Of a stretch of DNA of 64,000 nucleotides, positions 24,196-36,910 are shown piece after piece. The notes under the pieces were generated by a model. The model saw only the letters and a list, made by a program, of their open reading frames with translations, did not search any database and was not told the origin of the DNA. A program made the position numbers and the translations under genes. Origin of the DNA: Mustelus asterias (taxonomy: Eukaryota); the NCBI RefSeq assembly GCF_964213995.1, contig NC_135819.1, positions 67,766,001 to 67,830,000 on the forward strand, read 5' to 3'. Each line of letters begins with the position of its first letter. Position 1 is the stretch's first letter.

Positions 24196-24495
24196 AAGTT
24201 TTTAAAGTTTATTTATTAGTGTCACGAGTAGGCTAAAATTAACACTGCAATGAAGTTACTGTGAAAATCCCCTGGTCGCCACACTCCGGCGCCTGTTCGG
24301 GTACAATGAGAGAGAATTTAGCACGGCCAATGCACCTAACCAGCACGTCTTTCGGACTGTGGGAGGAAACTGGAACACCCGGAGGAAACCCATGCAGACA
24401 CGGGGAGAACGTGCAGTCTCCACACAGACAGTGACCCAAGCCGGGAATTGAACCCGGGTCCCTGGCGCTGTGAGGCAGTAGTGCTAACCACTGTG
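24196..24495 (-). mobile_element. V-SINE, tail type B
   Basis: Same family as 18587-18871. Confidence 0.85.
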
Positions 24496-26164
24496 AGGAG
24501 GGGAGTTGTGTTGTTGGGTGTGGCAGGATTTGTTGTAGAGACGGGGGGGGGGGGGGGGGGCGGGTTGCAGCAGTTGCTTTATTTAGACCTGCCTTTGCGT
24601 TGTTGCTGGCCAGAGAAATTGACCACTTTAAAAAGCAAGTAATTCATAAAATGGCGACCAAGGCCTTTAGAAAGTTGTGGGGATAAATACCAGGATTGTG
24701 CTGAGGCATCACATGACCTTCCCCCCACATCCTGCCTCGCAGTTTCCTGACGAAATGTTTCAGCTGCTCTGTTGCTGGCCAGTACTACATTACATCATGT
24801 GTCTGTCATTGGATAGCTGTGAGCTGAGGGTATCTGCTCTCCCTGATCCATGTATGTGTGGCAGAGAGAGAGGAGGATGCAAGGCCATTGGTAGAGCACC
24901 AACTGCCTATCCAATGATGGTCAGTTAATTCAGCAGTGGGATATGATATGAAATGATATGATACATGATGTGATATGATATGATCTTCCTGGCTTGTCCA
25001 GCTCAGTTGGATGTAGGTCAGTACTTTCACTAACTGTGTCATAAGAGGATTACATTACAATTTGTTCCTATGTTTCACCTCTGGATTTTCTCTGCAGATG
25101 GTGTGGAAGGGAACGTTTCCTGATCTCAGATTGCTGGAGGGGAGCGGAGACTCGTTTGGTGGAATATTGTGTGAAAAGCTGGGGTGCAAAAACGTCCTCA
25201 GAATGTTCGACTCTTAGTTTAATCACTGGAGCCACTCACATCATGCGCCTGGACTTTCAATGTGATGTTCAGGTGGCTAAGGCTTCCAACTGGGAAGGTA
25301 ACATTAAACTCATTCCCCTCTGCACTCACGAGGAAGGGCACTTGGAGTAACCTGTACCATAAGCTGCTACACTGCTGTTAATAACACACCCTCAAACCCC
25401 CATCACCCAGAGTAGGCCATACACTACTCAAGTGCTGAGGATCTTCAGGAATATGCATCTCAGTTGGTGCCAACTTCCTTTTTCTCCTGCCTCACAACTC
25501 ACTGCATGACTGAGTGGGGATGGGGTGGGGAGGGGGGATGGGGTGGAGGCTGGAATTAAAGGGAGTCAGGGAAGGATGACAGCCCCAGAAACAGGGCAAG
25601 TACCAGAGCCCATGGTTCCTCTCCTTTGCTCTGCTGATGGCTTGTCTGCTGTTCTTAGTGGCTCAGGTGGAAGTTAAAGATCCTGTGCTTTTACTTGAAG
25701 GAAAGTCGAATTCTCCTGTTTTCCTGGCCAACATTCCTCCCTCAACATACTCTCTAGATGACACAATTTAATATCTAACACATCCTCCCTCTCTTTAGTT
25801 CTGATAAAGAGCTAAACGGACTCGAAACTTCAACGCAGTTTGCTCTCCGTACAGGAGTTGCCAGACCTGCTAAGTTTTTCCATCATTCTGTTTTTTGTAT
25901 CTAGATGACTAATTGGATTTAGATGGATAACAGTGCAGAAAGGGAGCGGGATTAATTGATAGCACTTTTGGAAAGCCAGCATCGACTCAAGGAGCCAAAT
26001 GGCTACATTCGCCCAAATAACATCAATCACAGCATTCCAAAAATAATCTTGGTGTTGAGAGGCATTTCAGTGTTGATTTCAGGGTGAGTTCTGTTCAGTT
26101 TTAACTTATTCCATCAAATCCAAAGTGGTGCCTCAAGACAGCTTTATAAGGAGGTCCATACTTT

Positions 26165-26782
26165 TTTTTATTTGTGTCACAAGTAGGCTTACATTAACAC
26201 TGCAATGAAGTTACTGTGAAAATCCCCTAGTCGCCACACTCCAGCGCCTGTTCGGGTACACTGAGGGAGAATTTAGCATGGCCATTTCACCTAACCAGCA
26301 TGTCTTTCAGACTGTGGGAGGAAACTGGAGCACCAGGAGGGAACCCACGCAGACACTGGGAGAAGGTGCAGACTCCGCACAGACAGTGATCCAAGCTGGG
26401 GCGGCACAGTGGCACAGTGGTTAGCACTGCTGCCTCACAGTGCCAGGGACCCGGGTTGAATTCCTGGCTTGCGTCACTGTCTGTGCGGAGTTTGTACGTT
26501 CTCCCCGTGTCTGCGTGGATTTCCTCCGGGTGCTCCGGTTTCCTCCCACAGTCCGAAAGACGTGCTGGTTAGGTGAATTGGCCATGCTAAATTCTCCCTC
26601 AGTGTACCCGAACAAGCGCTGGAGTGTGGCGATTAGGAGATTTTCACAGTAACTTCATTGCAGTGTTAATGAAAACCTACTTGTGACTAATAAATAAACT
26701 TTAACTTTACTTTAAGCTTGGAATCGAACCCGTGTCCCTGACGCTGTGAGGCAGCAGTGCTAACCACTGTGCCACCGTGCCA
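26165..26782. mobile_element. Minus-strand type-B V-SINE with a plus-strand type-B V-SINE (26398-26713) nested in it
   Basis: AAGCT duplicated at 26393-26397 and 26714-26718; the host head resumes at 26719. Confidence 0.88.
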
Positions 26783-27865
26783 CACCCTGTTCTTAATCTC
26801 AGAGAGTGACACCAAACTATTAGATATAACTTGTACTTTGACCCCAGTCCCTGCTCCGCTTTATCCTTCCAGTCTCTTAATATCTTCTCAAAACCCACAT
26901 GTTTTCTGCATAACACGAGTGGGTGCGCTTTTTATTTCCCACTCTTACATAAATGCAAGTTGCTGTTTGTCTTTACCTTCTGATTCTAGAGACACTGGGG
27001 TAGATTTCAACTACTCGGCAAAGAGAGCCCAGGTCTGTTGATAATGCCTCAGGTAGGCCCCTGGTCCATTTTTAGACAGCCTGAACCCCTTAGCATTAGG
27101 CCTGAATTTAGAAATTAGCTCCAGGCTAACTCAATATCGGGCCAGGGTGCAGGTCGACGGGGTAGTGGGGTGTGGGTGGTGAAGGGGAGAGGCCTGAAAG
27201 ATCCCTTGAAGTTAAGGGATCTGTTATTTGGATCAGTCATCCATTCGATTGGGGGAGTGGGGGGGCTGTGGTTGGGGAGGGGAGGCGGGGGGAGGAGGGG
27301 GTTGTCACTGGAAAGCCAGAAAAAGCCACACGCATTTTGGCAGCTCGACAGGTTCCCAGATCAAGTTTTATTTCCTCAATGTCTCCTTCAAGAGTAAAAA
27401 GGAGTCGTGTTGATAAGGCAAGGGAGGTACATTTCTTTCTTTCTGCTGTTTAATTAATAAGAGCCAGAGCAAAGTGCAATCAGTAACATTGATGTGTATG
27501 AATCAGACAGTTGAGCTGGATCCAGGTGATGCTGGCAGGTCAGATCGATCTCTTTGCCAACATTGTCAGATTTTCGCAGCAAAATGTCAGACTATGGCCA
27601 ACTCCCAGAGAAATTATTTCAGCCAAAAGTTTGTCCTGACTGTCAGGGTATTGGGGAGGAAATTATTCACAGCGTCTAGCTTCCTCAGGTAAACATTCCT
27701 TCGGGCACTGAACAAGGTTGGCCCTTTAAACTTCAACAAACTCCTGGGACTTGTGAATAGGCAGAATCATTCGATAGGTTAACCTTACAAGAAAAACAAA
27801 GCTTTTCTGGAGAAAGTGGAACAGAAGCTTTATGGACCTGGTGCTCCAGCACTGACACTCCCACA

Positions 27866-28187
27866 TTCATAGAATCATAGAAATCCTACAGTGCTCAAGG
27901 AGGCCATTCAGCCTATCAACCCTGCACCGACAACAATCCCAGCCAAGTCATATCCCTGTAAAACCCACATATTTACCCTGATAATTCCCTGACACTAAGG
28001 AGTAATTTAGCATGACCAAGCAACCTTATCTGCATATCTTTGGAGTGTAGGAGGAAACCGGAGAACCTGGAGGAAACCCACGCAGACACGGAGAGAATGT
28101 GCAAACTTCACACACTCACCCAAGGCTGGAATTGAACCCAGGTCCCTGGTGCTGTGAGGCAGCATTGCTAACCATTGTGCCACCCAA
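27866..28187 (-). mobile_element. V-SINE, tail type A
   Basis: Family match by eye; (CATAGAAT)n tail. Confidence 0.8.
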
Positions 28188-28442
28188 GTTCCAGGCAATG
28201 ACCTTCTCCAACAAGAGAGAATCTAACCATCTCCCATTGACATTCAGTGGCATGACCATCACTGAACCCCTCACTGTCAATGTTCTGGGGTTTGATCAGA
28301 AATTGAATTGGACTAGCCATTTTAATACTGTGGCTACGAGAGCAGGTCAGAGGCAAGAATCTCACAGAGAGTAACTCACTTCCTGACTGCCCAAAGCCTG
28401 TCCACCATCTACAAGGCGCAAGTCTGGAGTGCGATGGAATCT

Positions 28443-28733
28443 TAAAGTTTAATTATCAGTGTCACAAGTAGGCTTACATTAGCATTGCAATGAAGTTACT
28501 GTGAAAATCCCCTAGTCACCACACTCCGGTGCCTGTTCGGGTACACTGAGGGAGAATTTAGCAGGGCCAATGCACCTAACCAGCATGACTTTCGGACTGT
28601 GGGAGGAAACCGGAGCACCCGGAGGAAACCCACGCAGACACAGAGAGAATGTGCAGACTCTGCACAGACAGTCACCAAAGGCAGGAATCAAACCCGGGTC
28701 CCTGGCGCTGTGAGGCATCAGTGCTAACCACTG
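28443..28733 (-). mobile_element. V-SINE, tail type B, inserted in a LINE 3' fragment (28187-28777, resuming 33334-33750)
   Basis: Family match; the host LINE text is continuous across this SINE and the Gypsy element. Confidence 0.8.
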
Positions 28734-29840
28734 ACTATCCACATGCCTACAGCTCCAACAACACTTGAGAAACTCAATGTCTTGTTTTTATGTTGCAGGA
28801 TGACCAATATCATCACTGCAAACTAACTTTATTAAGAACAGAACATGAAAGCTCATTGCAAAGCCACTGCAACCTGGTTACATCTGACATTTACCTGCAT
28901 TATCTGAATTCATCCCTCAGGCCAGGTGACCCCACAAAGTACAGAGTGTACCATATTATATCTGATACTAGCGTCCACTACCACAATCATCCTAATAACA
29001 TGACATTTCCCTTTCTAAAACAAACAGAAACACTTCACTTAGTTTCTGTTTGAACAAAATAGCCTGTGAGTATTGCCTACTTCAGGACACGCTCTGTTTG
29101 ATCAGTCTGGTTTGTCTTTTACTTATCTCTGTTCCCCTGATTTTTTTAACAATTCTTTCCCTGGATGTTTTGAATGGTCATGATGTGGAGATGCCGGTTT
29201 TGAATGGTGGCAGAAGTGATTTTGAATAACAAGGTGCCTTCTCCAGTTCTGTGTCTCTTTCATCCCTTAGATAGTTTTCAGGACCTCCAGACCTTGACTG
29301 GTTACCTATCACTTCACAGGGGGATTCTGGTTTTTGATCTTCAGCTATACTTCCTGGTTCAGAGCAGGATCATATTTCATTTGTTTTCTATTGGAATGTC
29401 TGGTTTCTCCTGTACTCTCCCTCAGTGTAATCCGAACAGGGCCAGAGTGTGGCGATTAGGGGATTTTCACAGTAACTTCACTGCAGTGTTAATGTAAGCC
29501 TACTTGTGACACTAGTAAATAAACTTTAAACTTTAAAACTTTTACTGTTGTCCATTTGGAGTCTGCACTGTGCAAGATCTTGGTTCCTTTGTGATTGCAG
29601 GATTCCCGATCCCTTCCTGCTGAATTCTCACCGTCTCTCCCATGTTCCGTTCAGACAGAGATCGGGTTCCTCGGTCAAAGTATGGTTTCTGCAGTCTCTG
29701 TTTGAGCAGGACCTGCACTCTGTAGCTCACTGACTGTGGAAATAGCAGTTGGGGTGAAGTTGGAAGCTTAGTTCTTCGTCTTCTCCCCATCAGAAGCAGT
29801 GCTGGAGATGATCCAATCGCCTCTAATGGAGTATTCCTGA

Positions 29841-30203
29841 GATCTTGGGTTCATGTCACACTATCTGTAAGTCCCACGACTTGCCTGGGCTTGCAAAATC
29901 TCACTAACTGTCCTGGCTGGAGACAATACACATCTCTTTAACCTGTGCTTGGCCCTCTCTCCACTCACATTGTCTGTACCTTTAAGACTTGATTACCTGT
30001 AAAGACTCGCATTCCAACCATTATCTTGTAAATTGAGTTTGTGTCTGTATATGCCCTGTTTGTGAACATGACTCCCACTCACCTGATGAAGGAGCAGCAC
30101 TCCGAAAGCTAGTGCTGCCAAATAAACCTGTTGGACTTTAACCTGGTGTTGTGAGACTTCTTACTGTGCTTACCCCAGTCCAACGCCGACATCTCCACAT
30201 CGT
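29841..30203 (+). mobile_element. Penelope-like element 3' end / pLTR, 10-bp TSD
   Basis: TSD GTATTCCTGA at 29831-29840 and 30204-30213. Begins with DLGFMSHYL*, resembling a Penelope GIY-YIG ORF C-terminus. Hammerhead motif inside. Confidence 0.78.
30080..30114 (+). ncRNA. Minimal type I hammerhead ribozyme motif
   Basis: CAC-CTGATGA-A-GGAG(CAGCA)CTCC-GAAA-GCTA/GTG: intact core, helix II, palindromic AGCT helix III, NUH = CUA. Confidence 0.72.
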
Positions 30204-30261
30204 GTATTCCTGAAATGCAACAGGGCCTGGAGGGATCTCTTACATCTGCCTTTGCCTGACT

Positions 30262-30476
30262 TGATGTGGAGATGCCGGCGTTGGACTGGAGTAAACACAG
30301 TAAGAAGTTTAACAACACCAAGTTAAAGTCCAAACAGGGCATGTTTATGCCCTGTTTGTGAACAGAATTCCCACTCACCTGAAGAAGGGGCTTAAGGCTC
30401 CGAAAGCTTGTGTGGCTTTTGCTACCAAATAAACCTGTTGGACTTTAACCTGGTGTTGTTAAACTTCTTACCGTGC
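30262..30476. mobile_element. Penelope-like pLTR with inverted arm, 10-bp TSD
   Basis: TSD TTGCCTGACT at 30252-30261 and 30477-30486. Confidence 0.75.
30376..30412 (+). ncRNA. Minimal type I hammerhead ribozyme motif
   Basis: CAC-CTGAAGA-A-GGGGC(TTAAG)GCTCC-GAAA-GCTT/GTG; NUH = CUU. Confidence 0.72.
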
Positions 30477-30719
30477 TTGCCTGACTCAGCAGAGATTTTA
30501 ATGTCTGCACGGTACATTCCACCATCCCGTTGGATTGTGGATATTTGGGTCTTGACTTAGTGTGGCAAAACCCGCAGTTCTGTAAAAATTTGTAAAACTG
30601 AGTGCCTGAGATTTACAGAACATTGTCGGAGACGAAAGCGTCAGGTATGCTATGGTGAGAAAGAACTGATTTCCAATGATTTATTACAGTAATGCGCTTT
30701 AGTGATGCAGTCGTGATGT

Positions 30720-31587
30720 TTCAGTGTGATTTGGACAGGCTGAGTGTGTGGGCATCTGCGTGCAGAGGCAGTATAATGTGGATAAAAGTGAGGTTATCCA
30801 TTTTGGTAGCAATAATAGGAAGACAGATTATTACTTGAATGGGTGTAAATTGAGAGAGGTGGCTACTCAGAGAGACCTTGGAGTCCTCGTGCATCAGTCG
30901 CTGTAAGTAAGCGCACAGGTACAGCAGGCAGTAAAGAAGGCAAATGGTATGTTGGCCTTCATAGCGAGAGGATTTGAGTATAGGGTTAGGGATGTTTTGC
31001 TGCATTTGTATAGGGCGTTGATGAGGTCACACCTGGAGTATTCTGTGCAGTTTTGGTGTCCTTATCTGAGGAAGGATGTCCTTGCTATAGAGGGAGTACA
31101 GCAAAGGATTACCAGGCTGATTCCTGGGATGGCAGGTCTGCCATATGAGGAGAGACTAAATCAGTTAGGATTATATTCACTGGAATTTAGAAGAGTGAGA
31201 GGGGATCTCATAGAAACTTATAAAACTTTAACAGTTAGACAGGGTCGATTCAGAAAGAATGTGCCCGATGGTGGGAGAGTCCACACTAGGGGTCATAGTT
31301 TGACAAAAAAGGTAAATCTTTTAGAACTGAGGTGAGGAGAAATTTCTTCATCCAAAGGGTGGTGAATGTGTGAAATTCACTATCACAGAATGTAGTTGAG
31401 GCCACAATATTGTCTGATTTTAAGAAGGAATTAGATATAGCTCGAGGTGCTAAAGGGATCAAGGGATATGGGAGCAAGCGGGGATCAGGATATTGAATGC
31501 AATGATAAGCCATGAACACAGTGAATGGCAGAGCAGGCTCGAAGGGCTGAATGGCCTACTCCTACTTCTAGTTTCTTTGTTTCTGTG
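30720..31587 (+). mobile_element. 5'-truncated CR1 inserted in the Gypsy integrase region
   Basis: ORF 30949..31335 (MLAFIARGFEYR, SVQFWCP, RRVRGDLI); CR1-type 3' UTR. Confidence 0.85.
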
Positions 31588-31896
31588 CTTATCGTCTCCT
31601 TTCACATCAGTACAGACTCAAAAACTTTGAGTAATAATCTGTTGTCAAATGTGAACAAGTCCACGCTAGTTTTCTGCCAGGGCCTCTCTGGAGCACTATT
31701 TTGTTTGAAGTGGTTCGTTTTGTTGTGATTTACTGTATGTTTGGCACAATGCACACGCACTCCCATTTTCCTGATTATTGTTCCCATTCCAGGACATTAC
31801 ATTACATCTCAAACTCTTCTCCTTCATGTTTCTATACCGATGTGACTTTCATGTATGCGTTGTAGCATTTCCTTCCTCAGTGTTACAGGAATTATT

Positions 31897-32222
31897 CATA
31901 GAATAGAATCATAGAATCCCTACAGCTCAGAAGGAGGCAATTCAGCCCATCGAGTCTGCACCGACAACAATCCCACCCAGGGCCTATTTCCATAACCCCA
32001 CATATTTACCCTGCTAATCCCCCTGGCACTAGGCTGAATTTAGCATGGCCAATCAACCTAACCCACACATCTTTGGAGTGTGGGAGGAAACCGGAGCACC
32101 CGGAGGAAACCCATGCAGACACGGGGAGAATGTGCAAACTCCACACAGACTGTGACCCGAGGCTGGAATTGAACCTGGGTCCTTGACGTTATGAGGCAGC
32201 AGTGCTTACAGCTGGGCCAATG
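31897..32222 (-). mobile_element. V-SINE, tail type A, nested in Gypsy
   Basis: Family match by eye. Confidence 0.82.
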
Positions 32223-33756
32223 TGCAGCCCAGTGGTTATCTCATCTCCCTTGAAAAGTATTCCCTCTGCTACATCAAGTTTCTCACAAAAATTCCAGTGC
32301 CCTTGTACAGCGGAAGGGTCTCCGCTCTGACTTGTGTGTCAGCCATTTTATACAATTTATTGCAGTTTCTCAGGGTGGCATCATTCTTGGTCGCTTTTTT
32401 GATCTCACCCAGTTTGTTACAGTCACAGGTAAGTTCTTTGTCAACATGAGAACCTGTGTTTCTGTTTCCTTGTCCTCTTCTCCCGTGATAGGTAGGTATG
32501 CATGTGACACAGTGTCTGCGATGCATAGGTCTTTGCCTGGTTTGTATTGAACTCTGACCTGGTACCTCTGCAGATACAGTAAGAAGCTTTGGATTCTTGG
32601 TGGTTCACAATTCAGAGGCTTTTAAAGTAAAGCTTCCAAAGGCTAATGATCAAACTCTACTTCCACATGTTAACCGTAGACAAACTGGGGGAAGTGTTCT
32701 TGGCCAAACAAAACTGCTAGCATTTCTTCCTCTGGGATGAGTAATTCTTTTAGCTCTCCAAATTGTATCTCTTTTTCTCCGCTCAGTTATGTATAGACTA
32801 ATGTCACTGCCGTTAAAAATTAGTATCTTTCATGTGTGATGCTTTTCTTTGGGCAGCAATAAGTTTAGAATTTTTCCACCATTTCTGTCAAGTATGAATG
32901 TGTTATGAGCTTTTAGGGCACCTTCCCCTGCTACATAAAGAAAGATGGAAGCTGTGGATCTTTCTTATCACTGTCCATTGCTGTGATGTAAAGATCAAAG
33001 CTCTGCTGGAATCACCTCCAGTTTCCTGCGAGACTTCCCTCCAAACTGAGCTCTGCAGATGCTTTCAGAACCTCCATTTTTGCACTTTATTTACTTCTGA
33101 CACCATGTCCGTTCTTATGTTGCAGGATGACCAATATTATGACCGTAAACTAAGTTCGTTAATATCAGAATATGAACACACATTGGACGGCTGCTGCAGC
33201 CTGGTCACAATTTATATTTACACATGCTATCTGACCTTCGACCTCCAAGTCAGGTGACCCCACAAAAGTACAGAGTGTACCATATTATATCTAATATGGA
33301 GTCCGCTACTACAATCACCCTAATTTTATGACACTCAACGTCATCTAGGACGAAGCAGCCCACTTTATTGGCACCTCATCCATAAACATTCACTCCCTCC
33401 GCCACTAAAGCACCATCTAGGAACTCAGCAAGGTTCCTTAGGCAGCACCTTCCAAATCCATGACCACTACCATTTAGAAGGACAAGGGCAGCAGATACCT
33501 GGGAACACCACCATCTGCAAGTTCCCTTTTAAGTCACTCACCACCCTGACTTGGAAATATATTGTTGTTCCTTCACTGTCACTGGGTCAAAATCCTGGAA
33601 CTCTCTCCTGTCAACAGCACCATAGATACAATACATGGACTGCGGTGGTTCAAGAAGGCAGCTCACCACCACCTGTCAAGGGCAATTAGGAATGAGCAAT
33701 AAATGTTAGCCGATCCAGCAACAACCACATCCCATGAATGAATTGAGAAAAACACA

Positions 33757-35908
33757 GACACTCCCACACTGGCACTCCTACATTGACGCACTCACACTGG
33801 CACTCCTGCACTGTTAGTCCCACACTGGCACACTCACACTGGCACTCCCACACTGGCACTCCTACATTGACACACTCACACTGGCACTCCTGCACTGTTA
33901 GTCCCACACTGGCACACTCGCACTGGCACTCCCACACTGGCACTCCCACATTGGCACACTCACACTGACACTCCCACACTGGCAGTCCATTGCTAGCACT
34001 CCAGCACTGGCATTACAGAGCAGCCAATCCAATACTGGCTTTCTTTCACTTGTACCCCAACACTGGCACGACAGCACTGGTATTCCAGCACTAGCACACT
34101 TTCACTGGCACTCCAACAGTGGGATTCCAACATTGTACTTGACCATTACTGGAACTCCAGCACTGGCACTGCAGCACTGCCACTCCAGAGCTTGCATTAC
34201 TGCACAGGCACCCTGCACTTGCGCTCTAACATCATGGCCAGAGTTTTATGTAGAATGTTCAGGCTCATGCCCGACCCAGATGCTTGTAAAATTGAGGATG
34301 AAATTGAGTGTGTGTCCTGATGCCATCGCATCCTCGCACGGTATTTCATTCAGCGGAGCGTGAGAGTCAGAAGTGTGACCGCCGACAGTCATAAAATCCA
34401 TGTTGGAGTGCCAGTGAAAGTCTGCTAGTGCTGGAATACCACTGCTAGACTACCAGCGCTGAAATGCCAGTGCTGGATTGTCTGTTCTAAACTGTCAGTG
34501 CTGGAGCACTAGCAATGAAGTGCCAGTGTGAGAGTGCCAGTGTGGGAATTCCAGTGTGAGTGTGCCAGTGTGAGTGTGCCTGTGTGGGAGTGCCAGTGTG
34601 GGAATTCCAGTGTGAGTGTGCCAGTGTGAGTGTGCCTGTGTGGGAGTGCCAGTGTGGGAGTTCCAGTGTAAATGTGCCAGAGTGGGAGTGCCAGTGTGAG
34701 TGTGCCAGTGTGGGAGTGCCAGTGTGGGAGTTCCAGTGTGAGTGTGCCAGAGTGGGAGTGCCAGTGTGAGTGTGCCAGTGTGGGAGTGCCAGTGTGGGAG
34801 TTCCAGTGTGGGTGTACCAGTGTGAGTGTGCCTGTGTGGGAGTGCCAGTGTGGGAGTGCCTGTGTGGGAGTTCCAGTGTGAGTGTGCCAGTGTGGGAGTG
34901 CCAGTGTGGGAGTTCCAGTGTGGGTGTGCCAGTGTGAGTGTGCCAGTGTGGGAGTGCCAGTGTGGGAGTTTCGGTGTGAGTGTGCCAGTTTGGGGGTGCC
35001 AATGTGGGAGTGCCAGTGTGGGAGTTCCAGTGTGAGTGTGCCAGTGTGGGAGTGCCAGTGTGGGAGTTCCAGTGTGGGTGTGCCAGTGTGAGTGTGCCAG
35101 TGTGGGAGTGCCAGTGTGGGAGTGCCTGTGTGGGAGTGCCTGTGTGGGAGTTTCGGTGTGAGTGTGCCAGTTTGGGGGTGCCAATGTGGGAGTGCCAGTG
35201 TGGGAGTGCCAGTGTGGGAGTGTCTGTGTGGGAGTTCCTGTGTGGGAGTGCCAGTGTGAGTGTGCCTGTGTGGGAGTGCCAGTGTGGGAGTTCCAGTGTG
35301 AGTGTGCCAGAGTGGGAGTGCCAGTGTGAGTGTGCCAGTGTGGGAGTTACAGTGTGGGAGTTCCAGTGTGGGTGTGCCAGTGTGAGTGTGCCTGTGTGGG
35401 AGTGCCAGTGTGGGAGTGCCTGTGTGGGAGTTCCAGTGTGAGTGTGCCAGTGTGGGAGTGCCAGTGTGGGAGTGCCAGTGTGGGAGTGTCTGTGTGGGAG
35501 TTCCTGTGTGGGAGTTCCAGTGTGGGAGTGTCTGTGTGGGAGTGTCTGTGTGGGAGTGCCAGTGTGGGAGTGCCAGTGTGGGAGTGCCAGTGTGGGAGTG
35601 CCAGTGTGGGAGTGCCAGTGTGGAAGTGTCTGTGTGGGAGTTCCAGTGTGGGAGTTCCAGTGTGGGGGTGCCAGTGTGGAAGTGTCTGTGTGGGAGTGCC
35701 AGTGTGGGAGTGCCAGTGTGGGAGTGCCTGTGTGGGAGTTCCAGTGTGGAAGTGTCTGTGTGGGAGTTCCAGTGTGGGAGTTCCAGTGTGGGGGTGCCAG
35801 TGTGGAAGTGTCTGTGTGGGAGTGCCAGTGTGGGAGTGCCAGTGTGGGAGTGCCTGTGTGGGAGTGCCAGTGTGGAAGTGTCTGTGTGGGAGTGCCAGTG
35901 TGGGAGTA
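33757..35908. repeat. 14-bp minisatellite (GTGCCAGTGTGGGA) as two inverted arms around a short unique core
   Basis: Left arm 33757-about 34225 reads (CACTCCCACACTGG)n; right arm about 34400-35908 is the reverse-complement motif; core about 34230-34399. Confidence 0.93.
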
Positions 35909-36296
35909 CATAATGAGACTTGGCTGAGAGTCCCCTTGTTGAAATATAATTTAACTGGAATGTGAATCAGGAGGCAGCGGAAGAGAAGTTGTTTAACTCA
36001 GTGTGTTGTTGTGATCTGGAATGCATTGCCTGAAAGGCTGATAGAAACAGATTCAATAAAAACTTTCAAAAGGGAATTGGTTATATAGTTAAAAAGAAAA
36101 AAAAAACAAGATTGTCAGGAAACAGCAGGTGATTGGGACTAATTGGATAACTCTTAAAGGGCTGGCACAGGCACAATGGCTGAATGGCCTCCATCTTTAT
36201 GGTACAGTTCTATGATTCTAACTTTCAGCTTTATACAAGATATGGTTACATCAGGATATCATCAAAGCAGAAATGTTATTAATTGGCATGGATGTT

Positions 36297-36640
36297 GGCA
36301 TGGTGGCACAGTGGTTAGCACTGCTGCCTCACTGCTCCAGGGACCCGGGTTTGATTCCTGGCTTGGGTCACTGTCTGTGCGGAGTCTGCACGTTCTCCCC
36401 GTGTCTGCGTGGGTTTCCTCCGGGTGCTCCAGTTTCCTCCCACAGTCCAAAGATGTGCTGGTTAGATTGATTGGCCATGCTAAATTGCCCCCTATTATCC
36501 CGGGATGTGTATGTTAGAGGGATTAGCAGGGTAAATACGTGGGGCTTTGAGAATAGGACCTGGGTGGGATTGGGTGGGATTGTTGTTGGTGCAGAGTTGA
36601 TGGGCTGAATGGCCTCCTTCTGCACTGTAGGGTTTCTATA
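36297..36640 (+). mobile_element. V-SINE, tail type A
   Basis: Family match by eye. Confidence 0.82.
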
Positions 36641-36910
36641 AATGATTGCTTCAAGCTAAGGTGGGAAACAAGAGCAGATGGCTAGCATAAAAATGAGTAA
36701 AAATGCAAATTTAAAAATAGAGTGATCATGGTAAATATTTAGAATAACTTGTCACCCCAGCTCGTATAACCAAGAAAATTGTTCAGAATCCATTTGGATG
36801 CTGTAATGTGGGATAGGCATGAGCTGCATTGAATGTTCTTTGTTTTCATTCTACTTGACTGATTGATGGATGTAATCAAAGAGACCATCCATAACTCCAT
36901 TGCTTAAGTG

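Larger units (their letters stand above)
28778..33333 (-). mobile_element. Gypsy LTR retrotransposon, both 228-bp LTRs present, internally deleted and degenerate
   Basis: LTRs 28778-29005 and 33106-33333 (TG...CA). TSD CTCAA at 28773-28777 and 33334-33338. PBS TGGTGTCAGAAGT (minus strand, 33105-33093). PPT AGAAAGGGAAA next to 29005. Integrase/RNase H remnants (ERPWQKTSVDLFTFDN; YKPGKDLCIADTVS). Confidence 0.9.

Noticed and set aside
33686-35965. His-rich or Cys-rich (keratin-associated or metallothionein-like) ORFs up to 474 aa
   Set aside because: Open in multiple frames on both strands because of the 14-bp satellite; no gene structure.
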